Positions 9,915 through 19,961 of a stretch of DNA of 19,962 nt are shown here, one piece after another. Both the position numbers and the translations under genes were made by a program. The DNA is taken from positions 1-19,962 of the forward strand of contig JBGAJQ010000086.1 in the NCBI GenBank assembly GCA_044224875.1, written 5' to 3'. A model generated the notes under the pieces. It was not told the DNA's origin. It made no database searches and worked only from the letters and a program-made list of their open reading frames with translations. Position 1 is the first letter of the stretch. Each line of letters opens with the position of its first letter. Source of the stretch: Gemmatimonadaceae bacterium. GTDB taxonomy: Bacteria; Gemmatimonadota; Gemmatimonadetes; Gemmatimonadales; Gemmatimonadaceae.

Positions 9915-10526
9915 CTAGGAGTTCTTCAGGGAAATACTCTCCAGCACGATCGCCGCGGTCTGGCAACTGTCCAACGCGTGCTCGAGCGTGTCAAAGAGCT
10001 CCTTCCACTTGATCACTTCGATCGGGTCGGGCTTGCCCGCAAAGAGCTGTCCCACGACGTCGTGGTACAGCATGTCTCCGTCTTCCTCAAAACGCTTGAC
10101 GTCGCGCGTGTGCTTCACCACGGCGCGAGCATTCTTGATGTTCAGCACCGCCTGCTCCAACGCCTCCACCGACTTCATGAGGATCTCGCACAAGTCGCGC
10201 GCGCCGTCCCGGGCCTCCGTGATGTGAAACATCTGCGCCCGACGCGCCGTCCCGTCGATGAGGTCGACCACCGTATCGAGGTTCTGGGCGAGGCTATGGA
10301 TGTCCTCGCGATCGAACGGGGTGATGAAGGAGGAGTCGAGCCGGGTGCTCACCTCGTGGGTGATGGAGTCTGCCTCGTGCTCAACGACCTTGATGGCGGC
10401 GACGAAGTGCTCGATGCGGTCAGGTTCGACAAAGAGATCGCGAAGCAGCTCGGCGCTGACCTTCATTTTCGCGGCCAGCTTGTTGAACAGCTCAAAGAAG
10501 CCTTGGTCCCGGGGGATAAGCGGCAC
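9915..10526 (-). CDS. DUF47 / PhoU-like Pit accessory protein (phosphate transport regulator)
   Basis: MPLIPRDQGFFELF start, EHEADSITH, SFITPFDREDIHSLA, EEDGDMLY, IEVIKWKELFDTLEHALD. Canonical position directly upstream of pit. GTG at 10526 chosen from the family-typical 'LIPR...FF' N-terminus. Confidence 0.92.
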   Translation of the reverse strand: MPLIPRDQGFFELFNKLAAKMKVSAELLRDLFVEPDRIEHFVAAIKVVEHEADSITHEVSTRLDSSFITPFDREDIHSLAQNLDTVVDLIDGTARRAQMFHITEARDGARDLCEILMKSVEALEQAVLNIKNARAVVKHTRDVKRFEEDGDMLYHDVVGQLFAGKPDPIEVIKWKELFDTLEHALDSCQTAAIVLESISLKNS

Positions 10527-10587
10527 GGTCGTCGGGGAGGGGGTTATTCGGCGCCGCAGGCGTGGAAGCCTGCATCGCACAACCGGT

Positions 10588-10620
10588 TTCCGTGACACGG
10601 GTGTCGCGAAACCGTGACAA
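10588..10620 (-). promoter_or_regulatory. PHO-box-like direct repeat upstream of DUF47-pit
   Basis: The minus strand reads TTGTCACGGTT-TCGCGACACCC-GTGTCACGGAA. Cores TGTCAC / CGCGAC / TGTCAC fall at exact 11-bp spacing (plus-strand starts 10614, 10603, 10592), like PhoB CTGTCA(T/C) units. Confidence 0.5.
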
Positions 10621-10743
10621 AACTACCCCGCCCGTTACGCGGGCGGCAGATCTGGACAATCGAGTCTGCGTCGACTCGGATACCGGGTCACGGAGTCCAA
10701 CGCGAGCGCACCCACACGAAGCCTCTGGGAACCGTCCAGCGGC

Positions 10744-11721
10744 TCAGTACGACCCCCCTGCTCCATTTCCTTCCCGGACTGGGAGAGTTTCTGCCGACCC
10801 GCCCGGCGAGTCGGCAGCCGCTACCAACTCTTCAAGCGGCCGCGGGCCTGTCCCTCGGCAGTTAGCCATCGCGACGCCACTCGACGTGCCCAGACGCGTG
10901 GCCCCATGCGCGACCATCCGGAGCGCCGTCGCACAATCGCGCACCCCGCCTGAGGCTTTAACCCCCAGGGCGTCGCCCACCGTCAGCCGCATCAGGGCCA
11001 CGGCCTCCTCAGTCGCACCGCCAGCTGCATGGAATCCAGTGCTCGTCTTGACGTAGTGCGCCCCCACGCCCCTGGCGAGTGCGCAGGTCCGGATGATCTC
11101 CGTTGGCGTCAGGACTGCCGACTCAATGATCACCTTCACCAAGGCCCCCCCTCCCCCTCCCCCGCCAGCGCCAGCAACGACGGCGGACATGTCGTCGGCG
11201 ACGTGACTCCAATCGCCGCCCTTGATATGACCGATGGCAGCCACCATGTCGATCTCGGTGGCCCCATCGCGTACCGCCTGCATAGCCTCCAGGCGCTTCA
11301 CGTCGCTCGCTGAGGCACCTAACGGGAACCCGATCACGGTGGCGACGGCAACGTTGCTGCCAGCCAAACGGCTGGCGCAGTGCCGGACCCAGACGGGATT
11401 CACGCAAACCGCTGCAAAACGATGCTCGAGCGCTTCATCGCACAGCCGGTCGATGTCGGTGCGCGTGGCTTCGGCCTTGAGCAGCGTGTGGTCCACAAAA
11501 TCAGCTAGTCGAGCATTTTCGCGAACGAATGTCACGCCTCGTGGCGGAACCTGGGTGCCTCCGGCGCCGACGGGCAACGACGACGCGAAGCCCGATGCAC
11601 CCATCCGTACGGCTCCCGCCCCAGGCGACGACGCCTCACGCCCGGCGTCCGCACGTCTCGCCAGGTCAAATGCCGCCAGCTCACGTGCCACCACGTCGCC
11701 GAGCTGCCGCAAGTCACTCAT
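10744..11721 (-). CDS. deoC: Deoxyribose-phosphate aldolase with N- and C-terminal extensions
   Basis: VDHTLLK, AVCVNP, TVIGFPLG, GATEIDMV, VKVIIE, Schiff-base VKTSTGF, VKASGGVR, RLGTSSG. Ends in Tyr (GGSY) like other DERAs. Confidence 0.95.
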   Translation of the reverse strand: MSDLRQLGDVVARELAAFDLARRADAGREASSPGAGAVRMGASGFASSLPVGAGGTQVPPRGVTFVRENARLADFVDHTLLKAEATRTDIDRLCDEALEHRFAAVCVNPVWVRHCASRLAGSNVAVATVIGFPLGASASDVKRLEAMQAVRDGATEIDMVAAIGHIKGGDWSHVADDMSAVVAGAGGGGGGGALVKVIIESAVLTPTEIIRTCALARGVGAHYVKTSTGFHAAGGATEEAVALMRLTVGDALGVKASGGVRDCATALRMVAHGATRLGTSSGVAMANCRGTGPRPLEELVAAADSPGGSAETLPVREGNGAGGSY

Positions 11722-11791
11722 CGGAGGCGATCACTGCGGGTTTCCGTCAGCCGCGCCACCCAGACCATGCCGCCGGCACCCGCCGCGTCGA

Positions 11792-12562
11792 TCATGGGAC
11801 GGGATTGGTGAAGGCCACGCGCGCGTCGCCTAACGCGATGCGACGGCGGTGCAACTCGGGGTTCACAAACGGACGCACGAGCAACATCCCCGCGACGAAT
11901 CCGCCGACATGCGCCCACACTGCCACTCCAGATGACACCTCAGGATTCAATGGCATCAACTGCGGGAGTCCGCTCAGCACTTGCAGGAAGAACCACCACA
12001 GGAGCACCAGCCACGCCCGCACCGGTACGACAAAGAAGATGAACAACATGCGCACCCGCACTCGCGGATACAGGATCAGGTAGGCGCCCATGATCCCCGA
12101 TATCGCCCCGGAGGCGCCGACCGTCGGTACAGGAGACGCGGGATCCACAAAGACGTGCGCGGCTGCCGCGATTAACCCGCACACCAGGTAGAACACGACG
12201 AATCGTGCGCGCCCCATCGAATCCTCGATGTTGTTGCCGAACACCCAGAAGAACAGGGCGTTACCAAGCAGGTGCGCCCAGCTGCCGTGCAGGAACATCG
12301 ACGTCAGTGGCGTGAATGTGTTGATCGCCTCATTGTCGATGCTGCACGCCAACCCGGCGCCAATCGGAATCGAAAACCCGATCGGGCGAGTATGGGTGAG
12401 CTCGGCCGGCACCATGCCGTAGTTGCACACGCTCGACGCCAGAGCCACGGGGTTGAATCCCGCTCCCTGCGCCAGAAACCACGAGGCAGCCATGAGCCCC
12501 AGCAGCCCGAATGTCGCCACCGGGGTGCGGATGGTTGGGTTCTCGTCGCTTAGGGGGATCAT
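11792..12562 (-). CDS. Rhomboid family intramembrane serine protease
   Basis: MIPLSDENP start, SMFLHGSWAHLLGN...FGNNIED, catalytic GASGAISG, AVWAHVGGF, several hydrophobic segments. Confidence 0.94.
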   Translation of the reverse strand: MIPLSDENPTIRTPVATFGLLGLMAASWFLAQGAGFNPVALASSVCNYGMVPAELTHTRPIGFSIPIGAGLACSIDNEAINTFTPLTSMFLHGSWAHLLGNALFFWVFGNNIEDSMGRARFVVFYLVCGLIAAAAHVFVDPASPVPTVGASGAISGIMGAYLILYPRVRVRMLFIFFVVPVRAWLVLLWWFFLQVLSGLPQLMPLNPEVSSGVAVWAHVGGFVAGMLLVRPFVNPELHRRRIALGDARVAFTNPVP

Positions 12563-12660
12563 TTTGGCTGCGGTTGGACGGAATCCTTGGAGCGCACTGC
12601 CATTACGACGGCCTCGAAGTCGTTGGTGCTATTCAGTTTCAGTCAGACTGGCGCAAGTGG

Positions 12661-12678
12661 CCGGTACCTCGATTGCAT
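12661..12678 (+). promoter_or_regulatory. Putative sigma54 (-24/-12) promoter of dnaK
   Basis: CCGGTACCTCGATTGCAT has GG(12663-4)-N10-GC(12675-6) with a TTGCA -12 element, about 120 nt upstream of the dnaK ATG. Confidence 0.45.
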
Positions 12679-12797
12679 GTCCCTCCGGCATCCGCGGGCA
12701 CATTCGCGGCAAGGCATAGACGGGGCGAGAAAATGACCTCACCCCACACGACCCCACGCTGGGCGCCAGTCGCCCGGCCGTCAACACTGAGGTTGAG

Positions 12798-14735
<1,938 letters not shown>

Positions 14736-14797
14736 GTCCAGGCCTTTACCGCGCGTTTAGGGTACACCCTCTACGCTTGGATACGGGCCAGATCCAT

Positions 14798-14868
14798 CCG
14801 CGGGCGCGCCGACTCACTGGCGCGCTCGCGGGGTAGACAAAACGAGGTCGGAGCCCTGGCTCCGACCT
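14798..14868 (+). other. Two strong stem-loops downstream of dnaK (mRNA 3' structure, possible terminator or processing site)
   Basis: 14798-14831: CCGCGGGCGCGCC-8 nt-GGCGCGCTCGCGG (13 bp, one G-U). 14845-14868: AGGTCGGAGCC-CT-GGCTCCGACCT (perfect 11-bp inverted repeat). Neither has a U-tract. Confidence 0.55.
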
Positions 14869-14998
14869 TCGGACGTTCTGGCCGAAACGCCTGGGAAACC
14901 GTCTGTCACCTCTGGGTGACTACTGGTGTAAGGCACAGAACTTGATCAACGTGTTTCGGATACATTGGTAACAAGCTTTCTTCGAAGGAACAGGACTC

Positions 14999-16568
14999 AT
15001 GACGACATCCATTTCCACACGTGCCAAGATCGGCGGCGGCTTGGCCATCGCTTTCATCTGCGGGTTGATCTTTGCATCGGGGTTGGATCTGACCCGCTTT
15101 GGTTTTGCGCAGCAGAAGACGCCGGTCGTTCGGACGGCGAGCGCGATCCCGGCGCCGGCCGCCGTGTCCGACCTGAATAGTGCATTCACCACAATCGCCG
15201 AGAATGTCACACCGGCCGTGGTGTCCATCCAGGCCGAGAAGACCGAGCAGGAACAACAGCAGCCGCAACAGCGGCGCCGCGGCACCCAACCGAACTTCGA
15301 AGATTTCTTCGACCAGTTCGACCCGCGCCGCCAGCAGCCACGCGAGGCATCGGGCTCGGGATTCATCGTGAGCAAGGACGGGTACATTCTCACCAACAAC
15401 CACGTCGTCGCGGATTTCGACCTGGTGACGGTGACCCTCACGGACCACCGCACGTTCAAGGCGAAGGTCATCGGTCGCGATCCGTCGACGGATGTCGCCG
15501 TGATCAAGATCGAAGGTTCCAACCTCCCTGCCGTCGCCATCGGCAACGATGACGCGGTGCGCATCGGTGAGTGGGTCCTGGCGATCGGCAACCCATTGGG
15601 ACTCGACTTCACCGTGACGGCCGGGATCGTGAGCGCCAAGGGACGCGGCTCGACGGACCTGCCGAACCTTAACAACGACCCATACGCCGTCTCGGACTTC
15701 ATTCAGACAGACGCCGCGATCAACCCGGGCAATTCGGGCGGACCGCTGGTGAACTCACGCGGCGAGGTGATTGGTATCAACTCCGCCATCGCGTCGCAGA
15801 CGGGCTACTACTCTGGCTATGGGTTTGCGATTCCCATTACGCTCGCCAAGAATGTCATGGACGACATCGTCGCCCACGGCCGCGTGCGTCGTGCGGTCCT
15901 CGGCATTCGCATCCAGAATGTGGCGCCGGCCGACGCTGCCGTCGCTGGTCTCAAGGACATTTCCGGCGTAAAGGTCGGTGGGTTCAGCGGTGAAGACTCG
16001 CCCGGTGAAAAGGCTGGCATGCAGCCCGGCGACATCATCATTCGTGCCGATGGCAAGCCGGTGGATCGCGTGAGCACGCTCCAGCGCATCATCCGCTCGC
16101 ACCAGCCGGGCGAGTCCGGAACTCGAGGCGATGCGATATGGCGCGCGCAAGAGCTTCAAGGTGAAGCTGACGGAGGCGCCGGCGGAAAACGCAACCGTGG
16201 CACGCGCCGAAGCTGGTGACGACACGCCGCGCAACGGCACGTCGGCGGAAAAGCTTGGCCTGACACTGGAGCCAGTGTCGCCTGAATTTGCTCGCGCGGC
16301 CCGGCTGCCGGACAACCGCCACGGCCTGCGGGTGGTTGGCGTCTCACCGAATGGCCCCGCCAGGAGCAACTTTGCTACGGGCGGCACGGACGTGATCGTC
16401 GAAATCATGTACCCGGCCCCGCGCCGGCCGGTGACCAACCTGGCCGACCTCCAGGGCGCGCTGGCGAAGCTGAAGGACGGCGATTACATCAGCGTGCTGG
16501 TGTTCGACTCCCGCCCCAACGTGCGCGATACGCGCGTGGAGAACATTCGGATCGGCGGGCAGTTCTAG
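14999..16568 (+). CDS. degP: DegP/HtrA (Do family) serine endoprotease with two PDZ domains; frameshifted near 16118 as assembled
   Basis: N-terminal signal/TM segment, PAVVSI, GSGFIVS, triad TNNHVV / DVAVIK / GNSGGPL, IQTDAAINPG. PDZ1 continues in another frame (...GES|ELEAMRYGARKSFKVKL), then a second PDZ runs to TAG at 16568. Span is 1570 nt (3n+1). Confidence 0.9.
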
Positions 16569-16591
16569 CTCGTTGATCGGTACCAAACGAA

Positions 16592-16627
16592 GCGGCCCGG
16601 TGGACGTCCACCGGGCCGCGTTTCTTT
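16592..16627 (+). terminator. Rho-independent terminator after degP (possibly bidirectional)
   Basis: Perfect 28-bp palindrome GCGGCCCGGTGGAC|GTCCACCGGGCCGC followed by GTTTCTTT and preceded by AAACGAA, between convergent genes. Confidence 0.85.
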
Positions 16628-16697
16628 CTCGATCCATGCCCCGCGTTGACGCGGACTCGGGTACGGGTGAGCGGCGACCACTCTCCGCTCATGAGTC

Positions 16698-19260
16698 CTA
16701 AGGCGTCGTCGCTCGCCGATTGAATTCGTCGCGCGCGCGACGGAGCGTCGCCAATGCACTCTCGCGCTCGGCGGGCCCGTTCCAAGCCGGATGCTGCTCG
16801 GCGGCGTGAATCAGTCGCTCGACCCACTGCGCGAAGTAGCGCGCGTCGTCGGACGAACGAATGGGAGCCCCCGCACGGAGGACGTACACGGGAGAGGTCG
16901 TGGCCAACGGAAATGCGTCCAGCACGGGATGAATTGCCGAATCGCTCCAAGCTCGCAGCGTGTACCAGGCACTCCCGGTTACGGGAATCTGGAGCACCGT
17001 GTCGACGCTCACCGCGCCAGCGCCAACCGGCACGGATGCGACCACGGAGCCATTCGACACCACTTCGAGGTGCTTGATCGGCACCAGCGAACGCATCCAG
17101 ACGCGAGCGCGAACGGTCCGCTGAGTGGCCGGCACCGACACCTCCTCCCCTGCCCCTCGGCCATCGATCCAAAGGCGAACCAAGGGGCCGTTCGTGGCGA
17201 AGGTGCGGCCGGCCTTCAATCCATCGAGGAACGATCGATGGGTGAGCGGGCCGCGCGTTTCCACAAAGACGCGATCCATGCCAATGTGACCACGGAGCGA
17301 CGCAAAGTTAGCCATGGCATCCGTGCCGGCCCCGGCCGGGATACGGAAGCCAGCGTTCAGCGCTCGGTACCAGACGTGCAAGGTCGCCCAGTAGTCATCG
17401 GCAAAGCCTAACGCCTCGTAATAGTCGACCTTCCCCAGTGCGACGTCGACCGGAAAGGCGTGCGTGAGCGCGCGCGTCGTGTCGGCGGGATTCGGATCGA
17501 AGTCGAACGGGTGTACGTACCCCGTCACACCGCGTTGCTGGTGCGCCAGGTCAAAGACCTCGCTGTTGAGCGGGGCGAGGCTGGCGACGGGAGTCTTCAC
17601 GTACCCCGCGTATCCCGGGAGCAGCAGGTGATCCGTCAGCCCCAACAATCCCGCGTGGGCCCAATAGCTGGTGTGGTACTCCTGGTCATGGGCGATGACA
17701 ATCTGGCTTGTCGAGACCGGATCCGGCTTCCCCATGAAGTAGGACACGTCGGGGACGCGGCCTTCCTTGTTGACGATCAGGTTCTTCGGCACGGGCCTGT
17801 GCGAGGAGGTGCGACGGTGCGTTGCGGTACGTCCCGCCGTAGTTCATGTGGACGTGGAGGTCGCCGCTGTACCAGCCGCTGGCCGGCAAGTTCGCGATGC
17901 GGTGCAAGGCAATCCTCGCCGTGGCACGACCGTCGGCTCGCATCACGACGCGCTGCCGCTCGACCGCATACTCGAGCCCGCGTGTTACCTCGATGCTCAG
18001 GGTGTCCACGGGAACACGAAGGTCGGCCACCCCGTCCGTGTGAAAGTATTGGGCTTCGTAACGTCGCGTGGCGCGATCAAATCCATCGTCGGCATGACGC
18101 CAGACCTCCGCTGGGGCCCAGCTCCGTCCGTCGGCGCCGGTGACCGAAACTCGCGCCGCTACGGGTCGACGGGTCGACGCGTCAACGACCTCGATGCGGA
18201 GGCTGCCCCCGGCGGACCTCCACGTCCGCGTCAGCGCCCGCACCTCGCGACGCTCGCCGCCCGGTATGGAGACGACCCACAGCGAGGTGTTGCCGCGTTC
18301 GTTGGAGACGTAGGCGATACGACGCCCATCGGGCGACCATCGCGGACCCGTGGCATCGAAATCTCCATACGTCAGCTGCAACGGGTTGTCACCATCGGCA
18401 GTCATGAGCCACAGCTGGTGCCACTGGCGACCGGCGTAGGAGCCGTAGACCACTCGCTCGCCATCGCGGGACCAGTCGGGGCGTGCCCGCCAAGTGGTCT
18501 CCTCGTCGTGCACCTCCCGCATGGGGGCGCCAGCCTCCGCCCGCATGCGCCAGAAACTCCCCGATCCCCAGATCTTGTTCCGGTTGCTCACCAGGAGGAG
18601 TTCTGTGCCGTCAGGAGACCAGGTCGGCGAGATGTAGTGGTCGTAGCGGCTGTAGTAGTATCGTGGCAACCTCGAGTCCACGTCCTCCGTCACGCGCTTC
18701 GCGTTCTTGAGGGTGCCATCCGCAAAGTCGGCGACGAAGACATGGAAACGACCCTCGTACGACGTCGAGACCCACACGAGGCGCGAACCATCCGGTGAGA
18801 TCCTCGGCTCGACATTGACGCTCCCGTCGGCAATCAGGGTGTGTTCCACGCCGGAGCTAGGCTCTACGGCATGCAGTTCAACGGCATCGTGGCGGTAAGA
18901 GGCATATACGATCCAGCGTCCATCCGGCGACCAGTCTGGCTGATAGTCGTATCCGGGGCCGTCGGTCAGCTGCCGCGCCCCCGAATCGCCATACCGCTGA
19001 ATCCAGAGTGACCCCTGCATGGAGTACACCAGGGTCTGGCCATCCGGAGACCAAGCGGCCGCACTCGGCCCGCTCGTCAGCTGCGGCAGGTACATCTCGC
19101 GAAAGTAGTACGCGTGTGGTTCGCGAATCTGCTGTAGCACCGGCGCGCGCTGCGCAGAGGCACACGTTGGTGCTGCACCGAGCGCCGCCACTGCGGCGCC
19201 CAGCAGCAAGCAACGCCCATGTGCGGCGCGGAAGCGCCCTTGGCGAAGAATCCCGATCAC
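16698..19260 (-). pseudogene. Secreted TolB-like (PD40) beta-propeller + CehA/McbA-type (PHP-like) metallohydrolase; frameshifted at ~17784 as assembled
   Basis: Signal peptide ending ASA-Q and six [WI]S[PR]DG repeats. A beta-sandwich-like segment (GSLRIEVVDA...PVAARVSV) precedes WYSGDLHVHMNYGG. A second frame continues NLIVNKE...DQEYHTSYWAHAGLL...YVHP...AGTDAM to TAG at 16698. Span is 2563 nt (3n+1). Confidence 0.75.
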
Positions 19261-19301
19261 TCACGCCCCGACATTCGTCAGCGAAGATTCAATTGCCTGT
19301 T

Positions 19302-19961
19302 CTACCGAGCGACCCTCCGGCCAGCACGCCAGTAGAGCACACCGCCAACCAACACAAACAGCAGCGCGCCACCCACAACCTTCAGCTCAAACACCAGGAC
19401 GCTCGGCGTGTCCGACGGCGGCACACAGGCCACGATCATCGCGAACGACGTGAGCGCCATGCCGCTGACGCCAAGGGTCACCACCCGAAGCCGGCTCACG
19501 CCACCCGGCTGGGATGCCGACGCCCGAATTCCCTTGTCCGTCAGGTACACCAGAAACAGGTACAGAAATGGAATGAAGTAGATCAGGATCATCGTGTCGA
19601 GCAGGATCAGGTAGGCGTTGGCCACTGTCGTCCCCTTTCCGAGCACCGATAACAGCAGGAAGACCGTGGCGAACGATGACTGCACCAGAATGGCGACATA
19701 GGGAGTCTTCCACTTCGGGTGCACCTTGCCAAACGCCGGCGGGAAGTACCGATCCAAACCGATTACGAACGCGACGCGGGACGGACCCACCAGCCAGGCG
19801 CCCACGCCGCCCAGGTTGCCCACCACGTACAACAGCGCACACAGCGACACCAGCCACGTGAGCGTCGTTCCCGAGCCGCCCAGGCCGGCCTGCAACGCCT
19901 GCAAGAAGCCGGAGACCACGTTGACGTCCTTCGACGGTAGTATCCACAACACCGAAATGGT
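19302..19961 (-). CDS. APC family amino acid permease (5'-truncated by window edge)
   Basis: Frame is open to the window end. GPSRVAFVIGLDRYFPPAFGKVHPKWKTPYVAILVQ is the typical APC TM8-9 loop, followed by further TM helices. Confidence 0.9.
   Translation of the reverse strand, partial: TISVLWILPSKDVNVVSGFLQALQAGLGGSGTTLTWLVSLCALLYVVGNLGGVGAWLVGPSRVAFVIGLDRYFPPAFGKVHPKWKTPYVAILVQSSFATVFLLLSVLGKGTTVANAYLILLDTMILIYFIPFLYLFLVYLTDKGIRASASQPGGVSRLRVVTLGVSGMALTSFAMIVACVPPSDTPSVLVFELKVVGGALLFVLVGGVLYWRAGRRVAR

Noticed and set aside
8437..9966. Alternate-frame ORFs (245, 223 and 241 aa) over pit and the small ORF
   Set aside because: Arg/His/Gly-rich frame shadows of pit with no domain signal.
10527..10598. 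24-aa upstream extension of the DUF47 ORF
   Set aside because: Arg-rich, not family-like, and overlaps the putative operator; GTG 10526 fits the family start.
12590..12635. Possible CIRCE (GCAC...GTGCTA) upstream of dnaK
   Set aside because: Arms and spacing do not match TTAGCACTC-N9-GAGTGCTAA.
17767..18798. 343-aa + strand ORF opposite the beta-propeller gene
   Set aside because: Antisense shadow of a gene with clear repeats on the other strand.
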